Positions 12,661-25,684 of a DNA stretch of 64,000 bases are shown piece by piece (position 1 is the first letter of the stretch; each line of letters starts with the position of its first letter). The notes under the pieces are model-generated. The model did no database searches. It had not been told where the DNA came from and saw nothing but the letters and a program-made list of their open reading frames with translations. Origin of the DNA: Eledone cirrhosa (lineage: Eukaryota); the NCBI GenBank assembly GCA_964016885.1, contig OZ024743.1:105090001-105154000 (forward strand). Reading direction: 5' to 3'. The position numbers and the translations under genes are program-made.

Positions 12661-15600
12661 CTACAGAACAATGTAGAGAGAAGGCCCATTTACACGAGCC
12701 ATTCTCGCTTCTTTCACCCACCTTTCATAAAACTGTCTGGGGCCAAGCACTTCTCTCTCCATCCTGATCCTTCTTCCGAAGTGGTATCGGAAGAAGTAAA
12801 CCAGGTGATGGCCGGAGAGAAAGTCACCCGACCTCAGACCTTTCAGGCGCGTCCACCACACAACCTCTTTCATCATGGCTATTACGCACAGAAAGACCGC
12901 CTCTGCTTCGTTTCTGAAGGGAGGCGGCGGCTTGATGTTCACCACAGACTCGGCGGTTAATCGAATCGGCGCCACACGCGACAGCAGTCGTTCGACGTAG
13001 CCCCACAGATCGGCAACGCCCGGGCAGTGTACCAGTGCATGCGCAACGGTTTCCTCGTCGCGCACGCATCTGGGACAGATCTTTTTCGCTGGATCCCTGC
13101 CCGGGCGCCCGTGTCTGTAGAGCTTTTCTCGAACGGGCAGAGCCCCCCGGTAACACTGCCAGGCTAGGGACCTCTGGAAGTTGTCCATGGGTCCCGGGCC
13201 GAAAGTTCTACTGAACAGGCTGGCCAGTTCGTCCTCCTCCATGCCTAGCGACTCTCCAAGGGTGTCGTCGCCCCTGCTAGCCACCAGCCCTCTATAGAAT
13301 GTCGAGGTGGATTCTCCACTGACAGTCGGGTCCGCTTGCCAGATAGCCGTGAGCGCCTGGGCACACTCGGTGTGCCAGTTGCCCAGTTTTCTCGGTCTTT
13401 GCTTCACCCAGGATTGCAGCTCGGTGAGCGAGACGAGCTGTGGGAAGGCTCGCCTCACAAACGGGGCCCACACCGGCTGACCGGTGAGGAATACCTGTAG
13501 ATGCCGTAGCCTCAATGCGTGCCTACGCATCAACAGCCACGGCATACCCAGCCCTCCTTTCGAAGGGTGCTGGCAGCAGATGGATCTCCTCACCATGGGA
13601 GGCCGCTTCTTCCAGAGGAACTGGAAGAGCATGCGTTCCATGATGGTGATCTTTTCCTTGGGGCAAGGCACGACGGTCAGGCGGTAGCAGATGACGGACG
13701 CTATGTAAGCGTTCGTCACCTCCGCCCGACCTTTCAGTGATAGTTTGCACTTGGCCCACTTCTGGGTCAGCGCAAACACCCTGCTCGTCACCTCGCCCCA
13801 ATTCTTCTCCACCTGGAGGTCCGGTCCGAACCAGACCCCGAGCAGCTTCACCGGGCCCTCCGTCCACCGCCCGACGACACCGTCTAACGGCATCGGTTTG
13901 CCCCTCCACGTTCCGAGTTGCAAACCGACTGACTTGTCCCGGTTCAGCCTAGCCCCCGTCAGCCTTTCGTATTCCTCCAGTAGGGTGGCGATCGCCCCGA
14001 TTTCCGAGGCGTCCGCCACCATTACTGTTACGTCGTCGGCATAGGCCGAGACCGCTTTGTGCAATCCCGGTTCCAGGGGTATGCCCCGCAGCAACTCCAA
14101 CTTCCGCAGCAGTGGCTCGAGAGTCAATACGTACATAAGGGAGGAGAGGGGGCACCCCTGTCTGATGGACCGGGTGATTTGAAACGGCTCCGAGAGGTAG
14201 CCGTTTACTTTAATCCTAGAGTAGATGTTGCCACTGTGCATGGCAGAAATCCAGCCCCTGAAAACGGGTCCGAAGCCCGCCGCCGCTAGCACCGCATCCA
14301 GGTAACCATGGTCGACCCTATCGAACGCCTTAGATTGATCCAAGTTGATCAGGGCCCCACCAAAGCCGGGTTCGTAGCCAACCCTCTCTATGATGTATCG
14401 CATGAGGCGGAGGTTGTCGTGAATGGACCTGGACGGGATAGCGCATGTCTGCGCGTCTCCCACCAAACCACCCACCACAAGCGCCAACCTCTTCGCCAAC
14501 ACCTTGGCCAAAATCTGTAACTCTGCATTCAGCAGAGTTATGGGCCTAAAGTTACTTAAGTCGTCCCCCTTGCTCTCGTCCTTCCTCACTAGCGTGACCA
14601 CGCCCTTGGTCACAGAACAGGGAATTCTCCCGTTCTGTTGCCAGTTGCAATAGACAGCCTCGAGGAGTTCGGAGAACAAGACCGGCATAGCTAAATAAAG
14701 TTCGTATGGTAGACCATCGAGACTCGGAGATTTGCGTCTGCTGCATTGGCTGAGCGCTTCCCCGATTTCAGTGGCTGTGATTGGCCTTTCGCAGCACTCC
14801 GCTTCGCCGCTCGAAAGACGCGGTAGACCGTCGAGGTATGGACCGAAGTCCACATCCCCGTCCGGCCCCCCGCCCCCTCCGAACAGTCGAGCAAAGTGCC
14901 TTTGAAAGGCCTCGCACATCCGCTCAGGTTCAAGGATCACCCGTCCATCCTGGTCTCGCAAAGACCGAATGGTGGATTTAATCCCACTCTTGGCTTCTGT
15001 CACGCGGGCCCAGCTAACAGCTTTGGTCCCCTCGTTTCCTAAAGCACGTATTTTACTTCGGACAACGCAGCCTTCGTGCTTCGCGTCAAAGAACTGGCTC
15101 AACGCCGTTCTCGCCGCTAACACTCTGGCTACGTCTCCGCTCCTAATCGCCTCTTCTAGTTTATCTGTTAACTCCCTTTCCTTCCTATTTCTATTCGCCG
15201 CTAGTTCCTTACTGTAACCTATCGAACTTACTCTAATCTCTCTCTTTAGAGATACCCACCACCTACTGTTGACAATCGCTCCCGTCAACCGCATCTTAAC
15301 TAAGCTACTAATCCGGTTCCTGTAATCTTTCTTTGCCGGCAAGGACAAGTTCATCTTCCAGTAACCGGGACCCTGTCTATGCGTTCTATCAAGGTTGACC
15401 ACGCAGGTCACTAATTTGTGATCTGAATAGCCAACCATGATCAATTCTGGACAACTAAATACGTCCCTATCCTTACTCCTAACCAAAAACCTATCTAGGT
15501 ACGATCTAGATTGTCCACTGCGGTTTGCCCAGGTCCAGGTTGGCGCAGTTGGACAATCTAGTCGAAATCTATCGACCAGGTCGAATCGATCGAGTAACCC

Positions 15601-16091
15601 CTTGAGGCTGCTACACCCCCCTCTATTGGGACATGCCCCTGCATAGTCCCAACGCGCATCTAGGATTCCATTCCAGTCCCCCACTAAAAGCAGGGAACGC
15701 GACGTTCCTAGAAAAGTCTCCAGACGCTGGAAGAAGTCGGCTCTTTCAGCCCCGAAGGGGGCATAAAGACCGACCAGTCTGAAAGCCCCGCCTTCACCGC
15801 CTCCGACGTCCAGCACCAGTATTCGATCCCCCGGGTCCGAGTGAACAATCTGTACGTCGAGAGCCAGCCGTTTATCCAGCAGTACGGCAACTCCCCCCCC
15901 CCGCCTCCGGGTTGACAGAGAGATGCGTGCATCTCAAAGTCATCGAAGGCGGGAGCCAGCTGTCGCACGCTGCTGATCCGACTCTCGCAAACAACCATCA
16001 CATCTATACTTCGTGACCTGAGGTCACTTAGTAGCTTTGCTTGCTTCCAAGCTGAGCCCAGGCCACGCGCGTTCAAACAGCCAACTCTCAA
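12661..16091 (-). CDS. Tx1/L1 ORF2: APE endonuclease + reverse transcriptase + C-terminal zinc knuckle (one frameshift)
   Basis: APE motifs GCLNARGL, VCES, VGDWN, SYLDRF and SDH. RT motifs FRPITLLN, DQSKAFDRV, QGCPLS and YADD. C-terminal CPRC...HALVHC. The frameshift falls in the G homopolymer at ~15893-15902. Confidence 0.92.
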
Positions 16092-16096
16092 TTGAT

Positions 16097-17945
16097 CTAT
16101 TTTGGTGTTGAAAGTGAAGAAAGAAAAGCACCTACCTCTCCGGGTTGTGTAATTTCCATGGCGTCAGGTGTGTTGGGTGGAGGGATGTTTTGTGGTGGTG
16201 TGGGGGTGCCCGAGTGTGGTTGGGTTGGGGTGTTTGGAGTTGTATCAGGGAGAGGGGAGGTTATGGGGAAATCTTTCAAGAGGACGCGATTTAACGGTTT
16301 TAAACAGGGGGGGGGGGGCTCACGTCCTGTCTAAATTGTTCTTTTAAGGAACGATAAAGGTCCAGAGGGACCTTTATCATTTTGAAATGGGTGAAGTTCT
16401 CTGTTGAGATAAAGTTTGGCCCTTCGGTCTGCAGCAAAGGGCTATTGTTTATTAATTTAAACAGTTTTTTGTTTTCTTTATTTATATATGTGTATTGCAA
16501 TGTCTTTTTTTGTGATGCTGTCAATGTTTCGGAGAGGGGAGGCACAGATTTATTTTTGTTTGTTGAGGGTGGGGTGTTTTTTATTGGAGTTGGTGTTTGT
16601 GTGTGGGTTATTTGTGGTGTGCTGGGTGTGTGCTTTCTTTTTTTTTTTTTAACTTGTCTGAAGGCTTCTCCTCCTTCTTCTTCAGAAGTTGGGGGAAACT
16701 CTTCAGCGCTAGGTGGGAGGGACGTCGTGTCTGGTTTTCTTTTGCGGGAGGGGTAGATTTGTTGCTGTTTTTTTTTTTTTTATTTGTTTGGAATGCGTTT
16801 TGTGGTGGTGGTGGTGCTGTTTGTGTCGTGCTTGTGGTTGGTAATGGTGGTGATGGTGTTTGTGTTGGTGATGGTGGTGGTGATTTTTGTGTCGAGCTTG
16901 TGTTTGCTGCTGGTGGTGGTGATGTGCTTGGTGGTGTTTGTATTTTGTTTGCTGTGTGTGGTATTAGTGTATTTTTGGAGGTGGGTGGTGTTGGTGTACT
17001 GTTTGTGGTGGGTGTGGGCAATAGTCCTTTTTGGGAGACACGTTTCGGGCAGTTAGCCTTAATGTGTCCCCTTTCCATGCATAAATAGCATGCTGGTCTT
17101 CTCCCCTCTACAATTATATCTATTGGGGTGAGCTCATCCAGCCAGATGCGATCCGGGATTTGTGCTATTCTTTCGGGCCTCATTTGGACTAGTAGGTCGA
17201 GGCCCATTCCCAGGAACGCATCTCCGGATGCCTTCCCCATTGACAGCACTGTGTCCTCGCCCATGTCTATGAAGCCAGCAATAGCCCACCAGAAGTCCAT
17301 TGTGGGCAGCATTGTTTGTATTTTTACTCTCTGTGTTCTTCTACCCATGTAGGAGGGATAGAAGCTGTATGTTGTCGATGAGAGTGGGCTTATGGAAAGC
17401 TTCTCCGCCGTTTCCTTGTCTTTTGTTAGGACCGAAATGCTGCCATAGAGTCGGTCCTTTCGTATGAAGAGAATATTCTTCATATAGTCTTTTAGGACCA
17501 ACTCTATCTCCATTTGGCTGGGCTGTGCTGGCTTTCTTGTTTCGTTTAGGATTGTTCTGAAGAGAACTGTGTTCTCTGTTCTCGCTTTCTTGAATTCTGG
17601 GGGGGAGTTAATGGAAAACATTCCATTTTCCCCCAATACAATGTGTTTCTTTGCTTCGGCCAGTTTTTCTCTGGCGGCCGTTAGGTCAATTGGTGTGTAT
17701 GAAATGGATTGTTTTGTTTTCTGGGCGAACGTTGCCCTGTTGTTATTTGTATTATTTTCTGTTTGTTTGTTTTCCGTTTGCTCATTTTCCTTAACATTTG
17801 TTTTTTCATTTTCTTTGTTTGTTTCGTTGTCTAATTTTGTTGTAATTATTTTTTGTTCTTCAGACTTGGGGGGCGTGGCAGAGCTAATGGCAGACATGTC
17901 TGCCATCTTTTCCGCCATGCTGCCAAGAACGAAATTTTTCGGCAA
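16097..17945 (-). CDS. Tx1/L1 ORF1 (gag-like), split at homopolymer runs
   Basis: CYLCMERGHIKANC (CX2CX4HX4C) knuckle followed by a Pro/Thr-rich tail. The ORF pieces 16608-17945, 16300-16545 and 16097-16279 break near poly-A and poly-C runs. Confidence 0.82.
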
Positions 17946-18148
17946 AATTAGATATTTATTTTACCCCCTAAAAAGGGGGTAAATGCAAAAATGTTTCCCT
18001 AAATAACAGGGGTTAGTGTTCCAAATGTGTTGCACTGAAAAATTTATCCGGTACTTACAATAGTAAGGGTAAATCCCGATGGAATAGCGGAGCCGATGTG
18101 AAGCGTGTCTTACTCTATCAAGATAGATATATTTCTTACTCTATCAAG

Positions 18149-18180
<32 letters not shown>

Positions 18181-18402
18181 CGTACTGCACTAATTAACAC
18201 AGGGCTGGTAGTTTCTTTATCGACACAGAAAGGAGAAAAGGTAAATTTGACCTCAGTAGATACAAACGCCATCTCGACTATCCCTACCCTGATCCAGTGG
18301 ATCATTCAGGATGTACCAGCTGGAAGGAGAGAGAGACTTTGAATTACAGTTACAGTACATCCGACGGGCTTTGAAACAATTTCAATGAACATAATTTCAC
18401 TC

Positions 18403-18591
18403 AGCGGTGGATTGGCAGTATCGGTAGAGAGTCGGACACCATGCTTTCCAGCATAGTTACGTCCCTTTACGGTCTGAGTTCAAATCCCGCCGAGGTTTAC
18501 TTTGCCTTTCATCCTTACGGGGTCGATAAAATAAAGTACCAGTAATACACTGGGTAATTGCTGGCCTTGTGCCTAAAGTAGAAACAATTAT
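18403..18591 (+). mobile_element. Full-length SINE family A with 12 bp TSD
   Basis: atttcactcagc occurs at 18394-18405 and 18590-18601, and A/B boxes are present. Confidence 0.92.
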
Positions 18592-19624
18592 TTCACTCAG
18601 CAGTCTAAGATAAATGATACTTTATCAAATGTCATTCAGTGGAAGCGAATATCATAACCATGCCACCATCTTACTGTTAATTGTATGTATGGTTTCGTAA
18701 CCCTATTGATGTTGTAGTGACATACAACATGTCTAGGGAATTTAAAACCTGGTGGAGTCCATCACTATCCAGGTTTGAGCACAGCCGATTTCTTCCAGAG
18801 AAAACGAGTCAGAGAAAGAAGTGAGGAAGAGATATAGAGGAAGAATCAGCCCCTGTACTGTACTGGTATATTTTTATTGATATCGAAAGGATTGACGATA
18901 AAGTTGACCTCAGCTGGAATTGAACCGAAATCATAGAGAACCAGAAGAAATACCAATTCATCCCCTACTACATTTATGTAATGAACACAGCAGAAATATC
19001 AAACGAAAAACTAATAAAACAGGCAAAAATCTAAGATCAACACTACAAAGTCTATGTCATTAACACAAAATACTTTTATCGTTTTGGTTTATTTAATCCA
19101 TACGATTTGACCGGGAGAAATTTGACTGCTCTTTTTAGTACATAAAGTGACCACATAAAGGCTACAGTATTTTCGTCTTGATGGTTGCTGCCATTATTTA
19201 TCGCCGAGGTTAACTTTGCCTTTCATGCTTACGGGGTCGATAAAATAAAGTACCAGTAATGTACTGGTGATTTGCTGGCCTTGTGCCTAAAGTAGAAACA
19301 ATTATTTATCAAACACATTCCAGCAGTGACAGTCTTTGTCGTTTTATTTACATTTACGGAATACAATGTCTAAAATACTACTCTTGTTAAGAGAGCGAGA
19401 GAGAGACATTTGGTTGCCAAGTGTAGCAGTTCAATTGACCACACTGACGCTGTTTTAGTGAATTTTAGTGAATCTTCAGCCAAAAGAAGAAGAAGAAGAA
19501 GAAGAAGGAGAAGAAGAAGAAGAAGAAGAAGAAGAAGAAGAAGAAGAAGAAGAAGAAGAAGAAGAAGAAGAAGAAGAAGAAGAAGAATACAACGGCGACG
19601 ACAACGACGCTGAAAACAAATAAC

Positions 19625-19735
19625 CTTTTTTTCTTGTGTGGACATAACATCGATGTCCACTAATACCCGGTGTTGAACAATAAACTGAGGAAGATTGGAT
19701 TTCGGAATCGGAAGAGCATCAAACAAACTGAAGAC
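19625..19735 (-). CDS. Candidate host coding exon (111 nt, phase 0/0)
   Basis: Bounded by ttttattAG and AAG|GT. The only frame open throughout reads VFSLFDALPIPKSNLPQFIVQHRVLVDIDVMSTQEKK. The protein was not recognised. Confidence 0.45.
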
Positions 19736-20151
19736 CTAATAAAATCTGTAGTACTACTTACGTTTCTATTGCTCTTTTTCACCTTTTCTCTTCTGACATA
19801 AAACACGCTGTTGTCACACCTTTTACAAGTCTAAATCTTCGTTGCAGCTGTCGCCGATTTCATATTGTACAGATTTCAAATGTTTATCGCTATCGTTATA
19901 TTAGAATTATATAGATATATGCCTTGCATGTTGTAAGAATTTATGTGAATATGAGTTTATGTGTTTATGTATGTATGAATGTGAGTTACATATATATATT
20001 TATATGCAAGTGAAAGAGCGCATATGTATTTCATGTGTGAGTATGTATACATACACCAGAACGCACGTGTCTTCGTGAGTCGCTGTACATATATGTAAGT
20101 ATGTGTGAATAAGTGTATATATTTGATATAGGTGTGCGGTTTCGTTTTTAC

Positions 20152-20235
20152 AGAAATTGTCATGAATCTTGGCGCTTCCTGAATGGCATCGACACAGCAG
20201 GATTGTTCTGGAACATACAACGGAATTGGACCCGT
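20152..20235 (-). CDS. Candidate host coding exon (84 nt)
   Basis: Polypyrimidine acceptor ttcctctccatctctttaccatttaAG and donor GTAAAA. Reads TGPIPLYVPEQSCCVDAIQEAPRFMTIS and is phase-compatible with 19625-19735. Confidence 0.45.
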
Positions 20236-20403
20236 CTTAAATGGTAAAGAGATGGAGAGGAAATTGAAGACAGTTTCAATAATAGATGAATATATTGAAT
20301 TAAAGGACAACGTAGAATATATATCTAAATATCTAACTATCTATCTTTCTATATATATATATATATATATATATATTACAGATGCATACACATAAGTATA
20401 TCA

Positions 20404-20488
<85 letters not shown>

Positions 20489-20754
20489 GCACTTTAAATG
20501 TTTACATGTAAAGCACTACATATATCACATGTCATTGCTCGGCTTCCATTCTGTTCCAGTCAAGTTTACTGGAATAATAATAACAATAATATAAACAATA
20601 GTAACAATAAATAGTAGCAGTAGTAGTAATAGTAGTAGCATCAGCATCAGCAGCAGTAGTAGTAGTAATAATAGTAGTAGTAGCAGTAGTAGTAGTAATA
20701 GTAGTATTAGTAGTAGTGGTAGTAGTAAAAGTAGTAGTAGTAGTAGTGGTAGTA

Positions 20755-20816
<62 letters not shown>

Positions 20817-21078
20817 AAAGAAGGTGAAGGAGGATGAAAAGCAGTTGAAGAATGATTTGTTTTATTCTAATGGTTTCTTCATACGCCATCAAGCAAGAAG
20901 GAAATGACATTAATATACAATAGAATATCATTATTGATTTCTTTTGACTTATTTTCATGTCAAATCATTACAATACATAAGTGGTAAACAAATATATATA
21001 TTTGAATGTGACATACCATTGCATATACCCACTCCTGACCCTACACGTCATGTATCTCGTAATGTAGCCATCTAGTCA

Positions 21079-21114
<36 letters not shown>

Positions 21115-21116
21115 AG

Positions 21117-21187
<71 letters not shown>

Positions 21188-21208
21188 GGTATATATATAT
21201 ATATACAG

Positions 21209-21239
<31 letters not shown>

Positions 21240-21320
21240 ATGTGTATATATGTATGTGTATGTATATATTTATCTGAGTAGATGACTCTACACACGCACG
21301 CACACACACGCACATATGCG

Positions 21321-21361
<41 letters not shown>

Positions 21362-21542
21362 GATAGCAGTGATCAATATATTGTCTATCGAGGTCAAGTT
21401 TAAGTCCTGCCTATGTACTCAGTGGATCATCCGATAAGATATTTATTTAATGATCCTGTCTATAATCCTGTGCAGAGTACAAGGACTCAAACTTAGACTT
21501 AATAAAGAATAGACCAACACACACACACACACAAACACACAA

Positions 21543-21592
<50 letters not shown>

Positions 21593-21666
21593 AAATACAC
21601 ACACACACACACAGACACACACAGACAGACAGACACACACACACACACACATACACACACACACAT

Positions 21667-21706
<40 letters not shown>

Positions 21707-21840
21707 AGAAAATTTGGAGTAAACAAAATAAGACAAGAAAGAAGAGGAAACACAGAAGAAAATCGATAGCCATTGATGTCACAATGTGTGACAAAATAAC
21801 TTTGAAAATTACATAAATAACAAACTAACTAATAACTAAT

Positions 21841-22880
21841 AATTGTTTCTACTTTTGGCACAAGGCCAGCAAAGGCATACGGGCCACATTTTTGGGGAAG
21901 GCGAAGTCGATTAAATTGAACACATTGCGTTACTGATTCTATATTTTATCGACGCTGTAAGGATGAAAGTCATTGCTAACATTGGAGAGATTTGAACTTA
22001 GAACGTAAAGGGCCGTAACCATATGCCACAAAGCATATTGTCTGACGCTCTACCGATAATGCCAATCCACCGGTAATATCTAATAATTGTTTCTACATTT
22101 GGCACAAAGCCAGCAATTACCCAGTGCATTACTGGTACTTTATTTTATGGACCTCGTAAGGATGAAAGGCAAAGTTAACCTCCACGAGATTTGAACGTAA
22201 AGGGGCGTAACTATGCTGGAAAGCATGGCGTCCGACGCTCTACCGATACTGCCAATTCACCCGCCCTAATATCTAATAATTGTTTCTACTTTAGGCACAA
22301 GGCCAGCAATTACCCAGTACATTACTGGTACTTTATTTTATCGACCTCGTAAGGATGAAAGGCAAAGTCAACCTCGGCGGGATTTGAACTCAGATCGTAA
22401 GGGACGTAACTATGCTGGAAAGTATGGCGTCCGAACCTCTACCGATACTGCCAATTCACCGCGAAGTCTAATAATTGTTTCTATTTTAGGCACAAAGCCA
22501 GCAAATACCCAGTACATTACTGGTACTTTATTTTATCGACCCCGTAAGGATGAAAGGTAAGGTTAACCTCGGTGGGATTTGAACTCAGATCATAAAGGGA
22601 CGTAACTCTATGCTTCAAAGCATGGTGTCCGACGCTCTACCGATAGTGCCAATCTGATTTCTAATATATGCACAAGGCCAGAGGGGAGAGGGGAAAGTCG
22701 ATTAAATCGACCTCAGTACGTTACTGGTGCTTTATTTTATCGACCCCGTAAGGGATGAAAAGCAAAGTTAACCTTGGCGGGATTTGAACTCAGATAATAA
22801 AGGGCCGTAACTCTATGCTGCAAAGCATGGCGTCCGACCCTCTACCGATACTGCCAATCTATCTGGTAATATCTAATAAT
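21841..22880 (-). mobile_element. Head-to-tail array of five SINE family A copies
   Basis: Copies start at ~21841, 22082, 22277, 22471 and 22656. Most junctions contain ctaataattgtttcta. Confidence 0.9.
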
Positions 22881-24444
22881 AAAACGTTTAAAAAATTAAA
22901 TAATGCGTGTGTTCTTTATTGGTCATATATGCAACATGATTATCCCCAAATATAACAATATCTGTTTCAACACATAAACATACATATATACAGAAACATA
23001 TTTTGTTTACAACCGAAACGTAAAAGTATTCAATGTATGACGTATAGTTTATAGTCATTATCAACTAATGGGTTTATTTCATAAAAAATATAATCATTAA
23101 AGTGTTAAAACCTGTATCCCAGCAAATTCCAGTATATCAGGAGAACACACATACTGTGTCATGACAGTGTCACCATGATTCCCCCAAGAGTTAAGCACCC
23201 TTTACCTTCTACCTTTTACATAAATATATCGATCTTCATAACAGTGTTTCATTACGTTAGGTGTTTCGATTATGTCTTCGATTTCATTCCCAAGTTAAGA
23301 TTGTAATTCTCTAAATGATCAGAAAAGCATTGATTTCTAATTTAGACACAAAGCCAGCACAACTGGGTGTAAGGCAAGGTTAATCAAATCAACCACAGTT
23401 CTTCATTGGATTCTATTTCTTTTAATCCCGGAAGGATGAAAGGCAAAGTTCACCTCGGCAGAATTTGAACTCAGAAATACCGCAATGTCGTTTAATCCGA
23501 CCCTCTACCAATTTAGCCAATCCACCACCCATACCGTGTAGAATATTATTATAAATTGTTTGTAAACTTGGCACGAGGCCACAGCTTTTTGAGGAAGTCG
23601 ATTGAAATTTGGAGCTGAGCCTACAGTCTATTGAACCTGTCCCTGTGTCAATTCTGTCACACAGCTCTATAACAATTATTAATAATGTAAACAGCAATAT
23701 TTCCACACTTGGAATGAAGCCTTACATTTGCATAGAATGGCACGAGATATAGGATATATAAATTCAGCCTCTTAATCTCATTGTCAGCATATATCTCTGC
23801 ATATAAGAGTGAATAGTTACAATATTATTTATTACCATAATCAATGTAAGGTTTATGCTATTATCATTTCTCTCCAGTTAAAATGTTCAGCTCCTTGTAC
23901 ACTTTAGAATAGCGGCAGCTAAGGGCTAGATCACTTCTGTAAAGATATTCAGTCTTAACTAAAACTGTACGACATTCCAATATGTGATATAATGCTACTT
24001 TATATTAGTGACAGTGGTCGAAGTTATGGCTGAATGGTTCAATATTTCGCTCAGTTATGTCTCCAGCAAAATTCTTTTATCGTAATTTTTGCTCGCCCGA
24101 AGACAAGGAATGAAATTAGAAAGACGAAAAATGTGTGGAATCCCATCGAATAGATTGTATTTGTAATTCAAATGTCCAGCTTTGTAATATACTGTGTCAT
24201 GCTGATTTAGCTTGAGAATTACACTAACAGCAAAGTGTCTGTAGAAATTGAATAAAACTAGTATGAGATTTAGTTGTTCAAGTAAATGAAATTTTGCTGG
24301 TGAAAGGGGTGATCCAGCATATTAGTTCAATCCGCAGTATATATAATGCAAGACCTGTGGACATGTAAATCTGTTAGTTTGTAAGATAAAATGTCCGTCC
24401 CATTTTTTACATTTCTATACCTCAAATCTCTAAAGTCTGTCTCA

Positions 24445-24710
24445 AGCCAGGAGACTCATCAGGTCGGTGTTTATCCCAGTTTCGTACCATGAAGCAACTG
24501 AGAGTACAACACTTCCCCATGGGCAGGGTGCCAGTCCATCGCAGGGTTAAACCCCAGCTATTGCTGATACTCATTTCCAGCTGAGTATACTAGAGTAACG
24601 TGAAATGATGTGTTTTGCTCACGAATATAATACACAACCCAACAGAGGAATTGAACCCAAAACATGATGATCGTAAATCCAACAACCTTACCACTAGGCC
24701 ACGAGCCTCT
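24445..24710 (-). mobile_element. tRNA-headed SINE family B (MetaSINE-like)
   Basis: tRNA-like head gtggcctagtggtaagg...gggttcaattcc. The 3' part ctgcgatggactggcaccctgcccatgggg...gttgcttcatggtacgaaactggga resembles the Meta-domain SINE consensus as I recall it. Confidence 0.7.
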
Positions 24711-25200
24711 ACCATTTCTATATATACTGAGTTCAAATCCCAGTCAAGTTAAAATGGATTTTCATCCATATTTATGTTTTACACAATAACACACATTTTG
24801 ACGAAGGGTATAATCTAGTTTTCCGATGGAAAATTTATTTGATGGGAATTTTATTTTATTGACATCGGAAGGAATCGAACCCAGAACGGGAACGAACGTA
24901 TATATGAAGATGTGTGCAGCGCGCACACATGAACTGACCAACGAAGGGAGGTATACAGATATGTATGTGAAATTCTGTGTACACATACATGCTCACACAC
25001 ATACAGAAACAGTGGCAAAGGACTGTAGGGAAGAGAAAGGGGCTGCTAGCGAATATGATCGTAGCTGTCTCACAAGTTCATGGTATGGTCGTAAGAGAAA
25101 CTACTTGGCTTCGGGTACGATTATATAACGGTACAATGATATAACGGTACAGCCGAAAAGGATAAACTACAAAGATGGAGTACGCGCTCGTGAAGGAGTG

Positions 25201-25345
<145 letters not shown>

Positions 25346-25398
25346 TATATATATATATGTATATATATATATGTATATATATATATGTATATATATAT

Positions 25399-25455
<57 letters not shown>

Positions 25456-25470
25456 CATATACATATATAA

Positions 25471-25684
25471 TAATACAAGGACGATTTGTTAAGCCTTCAT
25501 TACGTTTATTGATTGGTGACGCGCGTTTCGCTATTGATCAGCTCATGGTTTGGTCTGTATCGATCTGGCCCGACTCTGGAATAAAAGATTTCGACGATAC
25601 AGACAGAACCTTGAGCTGATCAATGGCGAAACGCGTCACCAATAAACAAACGTCATGAAGGCTTAACAAATCGTCCTTGTATTA
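25471..25684. repeat. ~214 bp palindromic element
   Basis: Arms of ~90 bp (taatacaaggacgatttgttaagccttcat... and ...atgaaggcttaacaaatcgtccttgtatta) surround a ~30 nt loop. Confidence 0.9.

Larger units (their letters stand above)
12430..18121 (-). mobile_element. Full-length L1/Tx1-clade non-LTR retrotransposon
   Basis: Contains a 5' UTR, an ORF1 with a zinc knuckle, an ORF2 with APE, RT and CCHC domains, and a 3' UTR with aataaa. (GATA)n/(GA)n lies on both sides. Confidence 0.92.

Noticed and set aside
12564-17982. Plus-strand and alternate-frame ORFs over the LINE (likewise over the Dong-like and Helitron ORFs)
   Set aside because: They are shadow ORFs of GC-richer coding sequence with no motifs.
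24445-24470. CTGATGA plus hairpin in the SINE B tail as a hammerhead
   Set aside because: No GAAA or stem III follows.
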